Source: a virus
Taxonomy: Duplodnaviria; Caudoviricetes
Direction: 5' to 3' (one strand)
Length of the DNA stretch: 37,831 nt
Virus record (IMG/VR): IMGVR_UViG_3300007734_000656
Location: 1 to 37,831 of that record
The position numbers and the translations under genes are program-made. The notes under the pieces are model-generated. The model saw only the letters and a program-made list of their open reading frames with translations. It had not been told where the DNA came from and did not search any database. How positions within the stretch are numbered: the first letter of the stretch is position 1; each line of letters begins with the position of its first letter. Shown here in pieces: positions 1 to 9,813 of this stretch.

Positions 1-80
1 CCTGTGATTGCTTCAACGACAACCTGCCGCCGCTCCCGAACCATTTTAAGCATGGCTTCTGCCATGAATAAGCCGTCCAT
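1..80 (-). CDS. Partial hypothetical protein (N-terminus; runs off the left edge)
   Basis: ATG at 80 just after the stop of the holin-like gene; open frame MDGLFMAEAMLKMVRERRQVVVEAIT to the window edge. Confidence 0.6.
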   Translation of the reverse strand, partial: MDGLFMAEAMLKMVRERRQVVVEAIT

Positions 81-82
81 AA

Positions 83-613
83 TTACTCCAACGGTTTTGA
101 ATTGTAGAGCATTTTATCTTTAGTACTGTCACCAGATGAAGCACCAAAATAAAATGAAATTACGCCTGTCCACGCCGTTTGCAGCGCACCAAGCATCAAC
201 AACATGGCTTCATTGCCTGTTGTGGGTAGACCAAAAATCAACATGTAAAACAAAATACCAAAGAACCCAAAAGTAACGCCCACTGCTAATGCGCGGGGTA
301 TCCAATCTTTAGTTTCTTTTTGCATGTCACGGGCAGAAGCACGGTCATCTGCCATAATGCGCTCAAGATCAATATCAAGCGACTTCATTTGTACTTTGAA
401 ATCGGCATCTATTTTCTTTAACGCAGCAAGTTGATCGCCCGTTGGATTAGCTAGGGCGGTCATTATATCATCTTGAGTAGCATTGTTATGCCCAAACAAC
501 GCCCCAGAAATAGCCTTAACTGCCATTCCTGCTACAGGGCCACCGAGCGCCGTTGCAATCGTAGGTGCTACAGAACCAATTAACGGGCCGAATGTTTTTA
601 AAATATCCATCAC
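83..613 (-). CDS. Putative holin (3TM/GTA-holin-like membrane protein)
   Basis: N-terminal APTIATALGGPVAG segment, central DRASARDMQ motif, two C-terminal hydrophobic helices ending in FYFGASS, as in phage 3TM holin-like proteins. Confidence 0.6.
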   Translation of the reverse strand: MMDILKTFGPLIGSVAPTIATALGGPVAGMAVKAISGALFGHNNATQDDIMTALANPTGDQLAALKKIDADFKVQMKSLDIDLERIMADDRASARDMQKETKDWIPRALAVGVTFGFFGILFYMLIFGLPTTGNEAMLLMLGALQTAWTGVISFYFGASSGDSTKDKMLYNSKPLE

Positions 614-885
614 TTGCCCTCCGTTACTTTTTCAAGAATACGCACACGCACTGAAAGTTCGTTAATTTTATTTGTCAACTCATCACGAAGTTTATATCGC
701 GCTTCTGCCGAAAGAGGACTATCGGTTGGAACGCCCTGCGGCGTAATCAACATGGGCATTTTGCTTTCAAGGTCTTGCACCTTCATAGTTAAAGTACTGA
801 TTTGCGTCAAAAGCCAGCCGATCGCTGCAAGTAGTACCGGAAAAAGCATATTGATTATTTTTGAAAAATCAAAATGATCCATCAA
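610..885 (-). CDS. Small membrane-anchored coiled-coil protein
   Basis: 91 aa; N-terminal TM (LFPVLLAAIGWLL), coiled-coil C-terminus; 4-nt overlaps with both neighbours. Confidence 0.65.
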   Translation of the reverse strand: MMDHFDFSKIINMLFPVLLAAIGWLLTQISTLTMKVQDLESKMPMLITPQGVPTDSPLSAEARYKLRDELTNKINELSVRVRILEKVTEGK

Positions 886-1352
886 TGCGCTCCACGAATC
901 ATTAGTATTAACCCAATAATACCAATAGCCAAAATAAGCCCACCAACAATGCTACCCACAAAGATTGCATCTTTTCTTGCTTCTTCCATCTCTTCTGCGT
1001 GTAACCGAGCTTGACGAGCGGCTTCTTTTTTCATTTCAGCCACTTGTTTTTGAATATGATCCCAAGCGTTTTTACCGTGCATGGAAATAAACAAGTTTTT
1101 TGCTTCTAACGCCAACTGATTAGCTTTTGCCTTGGCGCTATACCGTTTCATTGCCTCCGCTTCAAAATCGGCATTGGATTGAAACAGTTTCTTTTTATGC
1201 GGTAGTGAAACAAGTTGCACGACCTTGGCAACTTCAGACATTAGGCTACTTACACGTCGTGCAGTATCTACAACATCTTCACCTGCGCTAACGGCAGATT
1301 TAAACCCATTATAAATCGCCGTTGCGCCTGCCAAAATTGTAAACGGATCCAC
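882..1352 (-). CDS. Hypothetical protein with C-terminal transmembrane helix
   Basis: 156 aa; MDPFTILAGATA start, helical middle, C-terminal TM AIFVGSIVGGLILAIGIIGLILMI. Confidence 0.7.
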   Translation of the reverse strand: MDPFTILAGATAIYNGFKSAVSAGEDVVDTARRVSSLMSEVAKVVQLVSLPHKKKLFQSNADFEAEAMKRYSAKAKANQLALEAKNLFISMHGKNAWDHIQKQVAEMKKEAARQARLHAEEMEEARKDAIFVGSIVGGLILAIGIIGLILMIRGAH

Positions 1353-1363
1353 AAAGCAAACCT

Positions 1364-1552
1364 TTAGCGTACAAGGAAGCTCTGCGGACGCATCATGGCA
1401 CCAAAACCACGCGGCTTTTGTCTGCCTTTAGGGGCAGCAGGAATGCTAGCCGACATCGGCTGTGCCAACGGCACACTGCCCTGATTTACAATTTCCTGCT
1501 CAGTTGAAACGGCAGGCGTTTGTGTTTTAGTGCGCGGAATAGGGTAAGCCAT
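1364..1552 (-). CDS. Small hypothetical protein of the structural module
   Basis: 62 aa; AGGAG RBS upstream; basic C-terminus with RGFGAM. Confidence 0.6.
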   Translation of the reverse strand: MAYPIPRTKTQTPAVSTEQEIVNQGSVPLAQPMSASIPAAPKGRQKPRGFGAMMRPQSFLVR

Positions 1553-1564
1553 CTTATACTCCTG

Positions 1565-3313
1565 TTAGATGAGGTACTTTTCATAAGGCCCTGTATAGGT
1601 TTCTGTATCACTAGGCCAAATTGGATACAAAAGTTTTTTCTTGATAAGTTCCACTTCTTCCGGAGGCAAATCTACCGGAAGCGTGTTCTGCGCAACAACC
1701 ATCGGATTATCGCGGTCAGTAGTGCGTAAATTATCAGGGGGAGTACCTGTAAACAGCTTATCCCACCACGATTTTTCTTCAGCCACTTGAGTGTTTCCAG
1801 ACGTGGTTGCGCGTGTAAGCGGCCCGCCAGAAGTGTATTCCACGTTTGCCAAGGGATCGTACACGCCACGGGTTGTTGGCCCGCCAGAAGTATAGATATC
1901 AGCAACGGCTGTCGGTGGTGTTTCACTAATCGGCCTTGCAGGCGGAGCAGGTGGTATAACAGGGGCTTGCGGTGGCTCCGGTGGAGCAATGCCCAACCCT
2001 TGATTAATCATAGTTGTTGTTGTGGGCAAATTTGCCCCGCCCATATTCAACACATTTGCGGCAAGATTATACAACCCTACAGGCGGAACAGCCGCGCCAA
2101 GTACCAAAGAACCTATGCCTCCGGGAGTAAATGTTTCACCTATCCGCTCAGAAATTGCCTTGCCCACATCAAATGGCTCGGGCCGTGTACCACCCATAGC
2201 GGTTTCTGCCCCGCCAACAGAAGTACCTTTGTAAACAGGTGCCCCTACAGAAGCCGCATATTTTGCAGGGCTAACGGAACTTGGCATTTCTTGGAAATGC
2301 ACAGGGTCGTATGTGGCAAACCGCCCACCCCAGCCCAAGCCTGCAGCTTCGCCCATCAGACCTGCTTCAACCATCTGTTTGTTGGTTAAGCCGCCGATAT
2401 CAAAAGCCTGCCCGAAATTATGCGCCGACATTCCCGGAGGTGCCGCCCCATACGGAGAAGGGTTGCCATAAAGTTCTGCTTGCCGCGCAACAGTCCGGCT
2501 ACCAGAGCTAAAAAAGGGATTCATTCCTTCGTCCATCATTGTGTTGAGCAATGAGGCTGCTTTGGTCTGAAACCATGGATTAAGGCTTTCCATAGCCTTG
2601 TAGTTGAAATCAGATGAAGCGGGGTTTTGATCCATTTCAGCTGCCGTCATTCGGGGACTTACATAAGGCCCTCTAAACGGATTTTGTGCAAAAGCAGTTG
2701 ATGTAAACCCGCCTGTAGGATCAGGTGAAATAAGGTTACTGCCACCGCCTAACCCACCGTAGATATCAAAGTTGCCACTTGGCGAAGTGGTGGGTGTTTT
2801 TGTGGCGTTTATGTTAGAAACAGTAACGTCCGTACCAAAACGTGATACAGGCCCCGAAAAGGTAGTACTGTCACGATATTCAGGAGATCTTGGCGTGGGT
2901 GAATTGGAAACAACATCGCCTTCGGGGGTTACACTGTAACCATTACCCAAATCAAGATTACCACCGCCATAGATAGCATCTCTTGTTGAAAAATCTACTT
3001 GGTCGGAATCAGTTTCACCACCATCAGCGTAGCCTTTACGCCGCGCCTTCATATAAGCCATAAGCTCGTCTACATTAGCGGGCATGGCTACAACATCGCC
3101 GCCTTCTACCCCTGTTTTACGGTCAGAAAAGATACTTTCCATCAATTCTTTGTCAGAAACGGGAGTTTTCCAGTTCTGCAATTCCTTAAGTGACTGCGGC
3201 ATGGCGATTGTTGTTTCGCCACCTTGGGCATAGGTTTGTACATTTTGCACGGTGGGCAAACCTGCCATCTTACGGCCTACCAACAAATCACCAATGCCGC
3301 CGCGATTGATCAT
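1565..3313 (-). CDS. Putative virion protein with internal peptidase M15 (VanY / L-Ala-D-Glu peptidase-like) domain
   Basis: SGSRTVARQAELY...PPGMSAHNFGQAFDI (SxHxxGxAxD)...GLGWGGRF..YDPVHFQ metal-peptidase motifs within Gly/Pro/Thr-rich sequence; directly follows the portal. Confidence 0.75.
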   Translation of the reverse strand: MINRGGIGDLLVGRKMAGLPTVQNVQTYAQGGETTIAMPQSLKELQNWKTPVSDKELMESIFSDRKTGVEGGDVVAMPANVDELMAYMKARRKGYADGGETDSDQVDFSTRDAIYGGGNLDLGNGYSVTPEGDVVSNSPTPRSPEYRDSTTFSGPVSRFGTDVTVSNINATKTPTTSPSGNFDIYGGLGGGSNLISPDPTGGFTSTAFAQNPFRGPYVSPRMTAAEMDQNPASSDFNYKAMESLNPWFQTKAASLLNTMMDEGMNPFFSSGSRTVARQAELYGNPSPYGAAPPGMSAHNFGQAFDIGGLTNKQMVEAGLMGEAAGLGWGGRFATYDPVHFQEMPSSVSPAKYAASVGAPVYKGTSVGGAETAMGGTRPEPFDVGKAISERIGETFTPGGIGSLVLGAAVPPVGLYNLAANVLNMGGANLPTTTTMINQGLGIAPPEPPQAPVIPPAPPARPISETPPTAVADIYTSGGPTTRGVYDPLANVEYTSGGPLTRATTSGNTQVAEEKSWWDKLFTGTPPDNLRTTDRDNPMVVAQNTLPVDLPPEEVELIKKKLLYPIWPSDTETYTGPYEKYLI

Positions 3314-5797
3314 TTACATCAACCCGTTTTTCATAAGTTGAGCCTGTACCCGCATAGCGGCAATTTCTTGCGTTGAGGCAATGCGCTCGCGGTCGGTTGC
3401 TTGTTTTTCTTGCAGTTTACGCACATCCAACTGGTGCTGTTGTTGGGCTTCAGCTGCTTTACGAGCATTATCCTGCTCGCGAATGTCCAATTCACGGCCT
3501 TTTAGAGCCACAAGTGGGTCATCACCACCTTGCTGACCACCAAAATCCTGCAAAATTTGCGCAGTGAGCTGAGCTTCGATCTTTGCAGCTTGAGCAACCA
3601 GTTCAGGCGGCAACGGAGGTGGTTGTTGTGCCTGTGGTTGCTGATTTGGATCGGGTTGCGCCCCTTGTTGCTGCTGTTGCGCCAACTGAGGGTTCTGTTT
3701 TCTTATAATTTGCTCCGCAGCAAAGCCAACATGTTGGAAAATGTGCGACAAGATGCCTGCCATAACCGCTGGAGTGCTTTGTACCAACGGGAGTTTTGCA
3801 AACGTGAGATGGCTTTCGATATGAGCTGCATGATCTTGCTCCGGAAATGCTTGAAGTTGCGGCGCACCATTGGGAATATTCAATGCTTGCGCGTTTTCGC
3901 TAGCCGGACCCATCGGTTGCGGCTGTTGCGGGGGCTGTAACAGGCTTTCAACGTCTTGCACACCGAGCGCGGCGTACATACGACGATAAGCCTCTTGCAT
4001 GTTGTGGCTTGCAGGGTCTGCTTGAGCCAGTTTCAACTGCTCTTGGGCAAGCGTAATACGCTGTGTCATACTGAAAATGTTCGGGTCACTTACCGGAACA
4101 ACGTCAATACGCTCGTCAAAGTCGCTTTTCTTGATGGTTTTATCGCCACCGACCACATCATAGGGGTATTCTTCGGGCAAATAGTCGGCAAACACCTCAG
4201 CAAGGAGCTTTAATTCCTGTTTTTGAGCGTAATGCAACCGTTTATGCACCGCTGACATCACTCGGCCGCCGCGTTCAAGCACGGCTATAGTGGTACCAAC
4301 CGGAATTTCTTGGTTACTGTCACTTAAACCGAGGTCAGTTGTACCAATAAACTTTTCCGCCGAGCTGATAACGAACCCAAGCAGTGAGAAAAGTGTAGCG
4401 TTGGGGTCTTTATAGGGCAGCGGCAACAGGTTTTCGCGCAGATTACCTCCAGGAGCGTCGACATCGCGCCATTCTCCGGGTTGTAACGGACTATCCATGT
4501 CTTGAATACGTAGGCCCTTGGCCTTGAACCCCGCAGGCAAGTTAGCCAATGTGCCTGCATCTACCAACTGCCGCAGCAAACTTGTGGCAGTACGGCTAAG
4601 ATTACCAAGCAAATGCACAAGCCCGAAGCCGTAGAACCCAAGTCCCGGAAGGAACTTATAGTGTACGAAGTATTGTTTCTTTTTACGCTTGGGGTCATCT
4701 TCCTTGTAGTTGCGGCGTATGGAAAGAATCAACCCCGAATCACGTTCAATAGTAATGATATACGGCATTTTGAGTCCTGTAGGCTCGCCGTTTTCATCCA
4801 TGTGTTCAAATCCGGGAATTTCCCAGTTACAATGGCACTCGTACAACGTGTAGTTATCGCTAATCGCTCCGGGTTCTACACCCGTGATTTTGTTTGTTTC
4901 CTGCTGGATATCTTCCTTTTCCTCTAGGCTAGGTTCGCCGACATCCACATCGCGGTAGAACCCATTAAGCTGCGCCTTACGCAAATCATTCTTTGACATG
5001 TGCAGAACGTGCGTTACACGCTCCGCTGTCATTAGATCCTTTGCATTGTAAGGTACAATTAAATCCTTGGGGAAAATCACAGGGCTTGTGGCGCGACCCA
5101 AGTAACCATCGTAGTAAACCTTTTTAAAGGTGCTGCCACCGTACCCCGTATAGTACAACATCTGGTCGTATTCGGGGTCGTATTCTTCCATGACTTCCGT
5201 AATCTGGAAGTTCATAAATTCCTTTACCCGTTGGCTTTTAGCCTCAAGCTCCGGTGTGGCCTTACCCCAGATACGGGTACGCACTGGCCCTCCGGGAGGT
5301 AACAATTCCTTATAAGCCTGTGCCTGAAACTGTGTAACGGCCTCATTAAGAATGGGATGCGTAACACCCGTAGCCCCTTGGAAAGGTTCGGTGCGCTCTT
5401 CGTATGTTAGGCCAAGGAGCTTTAACCCCTTTTCGTACATATCGCGCCATTCTTCACGGCCTTGGTCATCATCTTCGATCAACTGGCTAAGCTCACTGCT
5501 TAAGTGCCCTAGCTCAGTTTCGCTTAGCATTTCAGCAATGTTATCGCCAAAGCCCAAACTGATCATGACATTTTGATCTTCATTCAGATCGACGATGGCC
5601 CCGCCATCTTCTGTCATTGTTACGTTGGAATCCTCGGGCAGTGGTTCAGCATCCGCTGGATTTACTCCCGGACCTGCTGCCACTTCAAAATCGCCTACGG
5701 GTTGCCCCGACATCGGTACAGCATCTGTTTCACCTTCCAGTGGAAACATGTTGGTGGGCCGTACACGTTCAACATTGCTGTAGGGCTTTGTGACCAT
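3314..5797 (-). CDS. Portal protein
   Basis: 827 aa directly after terL; TEPFQGATGVTHPILNEAVTQFQAQAYKELLP, FLPGLGFYGFGL, RQLVDAGTLANLP, PVGTTIAVLE and VSDPNIFS segments typical of podovirus-type portals; Gln-rich coiled tail. Confidence 0.85.
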   Translation of the reverse strand: MVTKPYSNVERVRPTNMFPLEGETDAVPMSGQPVGDFEVAAGPGVNPADAEPLPEDSNVTMTEDGGAIVDLNEDQNVMISLGFGDNIAEMLSETELGHLSSELSQLIEDDDQGREEWRDMYEKGLKLLGLTYEERTEPFQGATGVTHPILNEAVTQFQAQAYKELLPPGGPVRTRIWGKATPELEAKSQRVKEFMNFQITEVMEEYDPEYDQMLYYTGYGGSTFKKVYYDGYLGRATSPVIFPKDLIVPYNAKDLMTAERVTHVLHMSKNDLRKAQLNGFYRDVDVGEPSLEEKEDIQQETNKITGVEPGAISDNYTLYECHCNWEIPGFEHMDENGEPTGLKMPYIITIERDSGLILSIRRNYKEDDPKRKKKQYFVHYKFLPGLGFYGFGLVHLLGNLSRTATSLLRQLVDAGTLANLPAGFKAKGLRIQDMDSPLQPGEWRDVDAPGGNLRENLLPLPYKDPNATLFSLLGFVISSAEKFIGTTDLGLSDSNQEIPVGTTIAVLERGGRVMSAVHKRLHYAQKQELKLLAEVFADYLPEEYPYDVVGGDKTIKKSDFDERIDVVPVSDPNIFSMTQRITLAQEQLKLAQADPASHNMQEAYRRMYAALGVQDVESLLQPPQQPQPMGPASENAQALNIPNGAPQLQAFPEQDHAAHIESHLTFAKLPLVQSTPAVMAGILSHIFQHVGFAAEQIIRKQNPQLAQQQQQGAQPDPNQQPQAQQPPPLPPELVAQAAKIEAQLTAQILQDFGGQQGGDDPLVALKGRELDIREQDNARKAAEAQQQHQLDVRKLQEKQATDRERIASTQEIAAMRVQAQLMKNGLM

Positions 5798-7302
5798 TAG
5801 TAATACACCCTAATAGGGGGAGGCCCCTCGTAGTTGTCTTTATAATCTTCAGGATGGGTTATGAACCCGCCCTGCCTAAAGCGCATCAACGCTTGAGTCA
5901 TAGCGTCTACCATATCATCATGCTCGCCAAAAGGAAAGGCCGCACATTCTTCTATAACCTCATCGGCCCAACTGGCTTCCGGTGCCCAGACCATGCCGCT
6001 TTCAAACAACGGGGCCACGGCATTTGCCCTACTGATTTTATCGTTACCTCTACTCGGGCTGAAGTTAACAACAGGAATGCCCATGGACCGTAGCTCTTGA
6101 GTTAAAGGCAACCCTGCCGCCTTACTTTCAATCAGCACCGTTTCGGGCTCCCAATATTGATACTCTTCCATGGCGATACGTTTAAGCTCAGGAAACTCCC
6201 ACCGCCCCTTTTTAGCATCCAACAATATGATATTCGGCCCTTTATCCTCGCTGGGGTAAAACACGCCCCACGTTTGTATGGCGCTAAAATCCGCCGTCTG
6301 GTTTTTAAGAAAAGCCGTATCATACGTTTGCATCACGTATTGCAGCTTGGGTATTTTTTCAGTTTGCCACCGCTGCCACCATCCCCGCTTAATGATACTG
6401 CTGGTATCTGCCGTGGGCTGCTGCATATACTGCGCTTGCCACTTGCTTAATTGGATACTGGCCTTGACCGCTTCGAGCTCATCCAATTTCCAGTATTCAG
6501 GCCACAAAGGCTCACCAGACGGCATAATCGCGGGGAATTCTACCACCTCCCACTTATCGGCCTTTGGGTCCATTGCACTTTGGCGCAACAACTTGGCAGT
6601 AAGATCCAACTCTGACCATCGCGTCATAACCACTACGATGGCACCTCCGGGTTGCAAACGTTGGCGCGGACCACCTTGGTACCATTCCCATGCGCCTTCC
6701 AACGCCGCCGGACTCATTGCATCCTGCTCTGAATGCGGGTCATCTACGATAAACAGATCAGCGCCACGGCCCGCGATACTACCGCCCACACCCGCCGCAT
6801 AGTATTCACCGCCACCATCAGTTTCCCACCTGTACGCAGCCTTACTATCACTACGCAACTTCACACCAAACACACGTTGGTAATCCTCGGTTTCCATAAG
6901 GGTTTTCACCTTACGCCCGAACCGTATAGAAAGGTCAGCTGTATGGGTAGCCTGCATAATCTTCAAATCAGGACGCCTGCCCACCATCCACGCCGGAAAC
7001 AAATAACTTGCAAACTCACTCTTCGTATGGCGCGGCGGCATATTGATAATCAAACGGCGCGTTTCACCCTTGGCTATGGCCTCAAAATGCTCAGCCACAA
7101 TCTTATGGTGCCGCCCCGCAATAAAACTCGGCCACACCAACTTTACAAAATCTAGGAAATTATCACGGGCCTTTTCCTGCTGAGCAATACGCACCAACCG
7201 CTGCTCAGCCTTTAAACGCTCAACCAACTTTTCGCGGGGCACATTTTGTAATTGGGCTACAAGATTCTGCATGGGGCCTTTCGTCCGCGAACCATGGATC
7301 AC
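5797..7302 (-). CDS. terL: Terminase large subunit (start may be ATG at 7272)
   Basis: Walker A-like INMPPRHTKS, Walker B-like GADLFIVDDP, VVMTRW motif, RNase H-like nuclease YDTAF...HDDMVDA. Confidence 0.93.
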   Translation of the reverse strand: MIHGSRTKGPMQNLVAQLQNVPREKLVERLKAEQRLVRIAQQEKARDNFLDFVKLVWPSFIAGRHHKIVAEHFEAIAKGETRRLIINMPPRHTKSEFASYLFPAWMVGRRPDLKIMQATHTADLSIRFGRKVKTLMETEDYQRVFGVKLRSDSKAAYRWETDGGGEYYAAGVGGSIAGRGADLFIVDDPHSEQDAMSPAALEGAWEWYQGGPRQRLQPGGAIVVVMTRWSELDLTAKLLRQSAMDPKADKWEVVEFPAIMPSGEPLWPEYWKLDELEAVKASIQLSKWQAQYMQQPTADTSSIIKRGWWQRWQTEKIPKLQYVMQTYDTAFLKNQTADFSAIQTWGVFYPSEDKGPNIILLDAKKGRWEFPELKRIAMEEYQYWEPETVLIESKAAGLPLTQELRSMGIPVVNFSPSRGNDKISRANAVAPLFESGMVWAPEASWADEVIEECAAFPFGEHDDMVDAMTQALMRFRQGGFITHPEDYKDNYEGPPPIRVYY

Positions 7303-7553
7303 TGATCATTAACAAATATATATAGATACGGCAATCGGGGTACCTTAAGACCCTTTTCTCGTTTAGGGGGTCATAAATTTTGAATTTTGCTATTGAACTG
7401 TGAAAAATCTGGTTTTAGGTGTTGTGGCAAACGCGGGGCTTAAAAAGGGGGGGTCGCGATCTTCGTCGGACGATCGATTTTGATGCGTGGACCAAGGGTA
7501 CCTAGAGTTACGTAACGTCAGCGGACGACGAGCGGACGAGCATGGTGCGACGC

Positions 7554-7583
7554 AAAAAGACCCGTGTTGCAATGCAACACGGG
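7554..7583 (-). terminator. Rho-independent terminator of the 167-aa gene
   Basis: Perfect 10-bp stem CCCGTGTTGC-ATT-GCAACACGGG followed by TCTTTTT on the minus strand, ~30 nt after the stop at 7612. Confidence 0.75.
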
Positions 7584-7611
7584 CCGACGAACTTATTGTT
7601 CGATGCGGTAA

Positions 7612-8115
7612 TTACGCGACGCTGAGGCTGATGAATGGAGTTCCGAAGTATCCTGCCCGACAGAGTGGACCGTATCCGCCATTGAGCAGAGCGATGACCG
7701 TGTGAGGCGTGGAGAACTCATTATAGCCTTTTTGTTTGCCTGCGACAGCTTTGATGAAAGCGCCGAGCGTAGGAGCCGCGAGTAGAGCATCCTGATAAAA
7801 TGCGCGGGAACCGCCGAGCTTGCCGTACCCGAACGGGAGCTTGTGACCCTTGTACAGGTCTGGATTGCCGGACATGTTGGCGGTCGGTAGAACGGTGACC
7901 TTGACCTTGTCCAAATTCGCCATGGACCATCCACCGACGTTCGCATTGCACCATGCAACGAGCGAAGCCTTGGTGAACGGGTGACCATTGCTGAGGTCGA
8001 ATGCCTGAGCAGGTGACACGACAGGAGCCGTTTCCTTGGCAACGACTGGAGCCTTGGCTGACTTTGCGAGGCTGACACCCTTGGAGGACTTTGTTGTGTT
8101 TTGAGTATTAAGCAT
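7612..8115 (-). CDS. Hypothetical basic protein, stand-alone transcription unit
   Basis: 167 aa; AGAAAGGG RBS, own promoter and terminator; Lys/Ala/Pro-rich N-terminus. Confidence 0.75.
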   Translation of the reverse strand: MLNTQNTTKSSKGVSLAKSAKAPVVAKETAPVVSPAQAFDLSNGHPFTKASLVAWCNANVGGWSMANLDKVKVTVLPTANMSGNPDLYKGHKLPFGYGKLGGSRAFYQDALLAAPTLGAFIKAVAGKQKGYNEFSTPHTVIALLNGGYGPLCRAGYFGTPFISLSVA

Positions 8116-8171
8116 GACGTTGACCCTTTCTGCGGTCTATGGTGAAGCACCATTGCTCAACCATGGACACC

Positions 8172-8199
8172 ATTCTAGGACCAGACCAAAAATAGACAA
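8172..8199 (-). promoter_or_regulatory. Sigma70-like promoter TTGTCT-N16-TAGAAT
   Basis: Hexamers read directly; same architecture as four other minus-strand copies. Confidence 0.6.
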
Positions 8200-8377
8200 T
8201 GCACAAAAACGCATGGCTGACCTGCACCAGACGCATAGCTCGGGCGGACGCGGTCAGACGACTTGCCGATGAGTAAGATCACCTGACGAAAAGTAAGACG
8301 TGACGACGATCCGATCAGACGAGGACCATGATACATGAGCATAGGATGACGCGACGATGACTGTGCGCGAATACTTC

Positions 8378-8443
8378 CTCATCATGGGATAGCGGATCTT
8401 TCGAATGTTTCTCATCAGTGGATAGCGGATTATTCGAATGTTC
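8378..8443. repeat. Tandem 2 x 33-bp imperfect repeat
   Basis: CTCATCATGGGATAGCGGATCTTTCGAATGTTT / CTCATCAGTGGATAGCGGATTATTCGAATGTTC, 28/33 identical. Confidence 0.8.
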
Positions 8444-8447
8444 TTGG

Positions 8448-8864
8448 TCAATCGGCCATGGATTGTATATAATCGAGCATCATCGCCACATCAATTTTAC
8501 CGTGCATCGTCAGGTCAGGAGCCACGGACAACGGACCTTCCTCCACTAATTTCTGCAGTTTGGCAGCTGAATAAATATAAAAAACCCCTCCGGATGGATG
8601 ACTGACCAAGTTAAATACGTTACTTAGTCTGCGGCTACGTTTTGTCTGCCAAGCAATTTGGGCAGGACGCCAGAGGTTTTTAACTGAGAAGCGTTTTGTT
8701 TTGCAAACCTTAAGCTCCAACCAGACCTCTTTGCTTGCATCTATGCAAAGAACCCCATTTAAGTCGGGTATTCCTGCACCCACACGCGCCTCAATCCGCG
8801 TCCATTCAACAAGCCGTTCAGTCTTTTCTTTTACTAGGTTCCACAACCTTGCTTCGGGTGTCAT
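8448..8864 (-). CDS. PD-(D/E)XK nuclease (VRR-NUC / Holliday-junction-resolvase-like)
   Basis: PEARLW...RIEARVGAGIPDL...WLELK...WRPAQIAW pattern; follows terS. Confidence 0.75.
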   Translation of the reverse strand: MTPEARLWNLVKEKTERLVEWTRIEARVGAGIPDLNGVLCIDASKEVWLELKVCKTKRFSVKNLWRPAQIAWQTKRSRRLSNVFNLVSHPSGGVFYIYSAAKLQKLVEEGPLSVAPDLTMHGKIDVAMMLDYIQSMAD

Positions 8865-9453
8865 TCGTGGCGAGTTCCAATACAGGGTTAGCGCTGAGCT
8901 CTATTAACGCAGGGTATTCTTTGTTCAGCTTGGCGATTTCTTCAATAAGCTCTTCCTTGGACATCTGGTCTATCTTGCCCACGAGGATTTCCTGCCTCGT
9001 TACGTAGAGCCCCGCAGCTTGTCCTCGAGCCTTTTCAGCAGTTACAGCGGCAGCATAGTTGCCCGTAGCCACAGCGGCGTCTCGGATCTCCGCTAGCCTC
9101 CTTACGTGGTTATCAAAGTTTACCTCGTATTTACCCGCCATCTCCTGCTTGAGCTCACGGATACGGGCCACCACATTCGGGTAGTCCCGCCCGTTGAGCA
9201 ATTTGCTCCCCATGGACCATACGGCGTTTTGGTCCGTACTGTACCCTGCCATCACCACGCATTCGCTCACCGTGTAGTTTTCGGTAGCGTAGAGCTTGCA
9301 GAACTTTTCCTGCCTTTGTGTCAAGCCCTTTTCATGTAGAGGGTTAACCACGGGCTTAATCCGCTGAACATCGATGTGGTCGTAGGGCATAGCTACAAGA
9401 GGCTTACCATGACGAGCCTTAGCTAATTTACGATCATATTGGCCTTTTGGCAT
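8818..9453 (-). CDS. terS: Terminase small subunit
   Basis: LTQRQEKFCKLY...MAGYS...SKLLN...VVARIREL HTH pattern of TerS, plus AAVTAEKARGQAAGLY; ATG 9453 has a GGAG RBS. Confidence 0.8.
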   Translation of the reverse strand: MPKGQYDRKLAKARHGKPLVAMPYDHIDVQRIKPVVNPLHEKGLTQRQEKFCKLYATENYTVSECVVMAGYSTDQNAVWSMGSKLLNGRDYPNVVARIRELKQEMAGKYEVNFDNHVRRLAEIRDAAVATGNYAAAVTAEKARGQAAGLYVTRQEILVGKIDQMSKEELIEEIAKLNKEYPALIELSANPVLELATNDTRSKVVEPSKRKD

Positions 9454-9574
9454 CCGCTTTCTCCGACGATGTGCGCCTACCATGCCGTGTCTGCCGCCCA
9501 AAGACAATCCCGTTTCGGACTTTTCCTAATAGGGGGGGGGTAGGGGTTATCAAAAAAATTTTGAAGAAGAGGGG

Positions 9575-9600
9575 TACGCGCGCGCGGGGGGCGAAAAAGT
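9575..9600 (-). repeat. 26-bp GC-rich element, inverted copy of 30599-30624
   Basis: Minus strand ACTTTTTCGCCCCCCGCGCGCGCGTA vs plus strand ACTTTTTTGCCCCCCGCGCACGCGTG; 23/26 identical. Confidence 0.75.
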
Positions 9601-9813
9601 AACAAAAACAGACGAATACTCGGTTAATGTTCCATGATAAATGAGATATGATATAGATATTGGACTAACCCATTGAAACTAAACAAAGATACTCAGATAG
9701 TGGAAATTGGACGATAAAAACCAAAATAAAAAACGTCCTTTGCCATCCCTATAATTTTATCTTATTGTTTTTCAATAACTTAACTTAATATCATTAAGAC
9801 CCTATAAGGAAAA

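Noticed and set aside
8254-8451. CRISPR mini-array or real 65-aa gene at the 33-bp repeat
   Set aside because: Only two adjacent units with no spacer; the ORF has no recognisable features and may simply reflect the repeat
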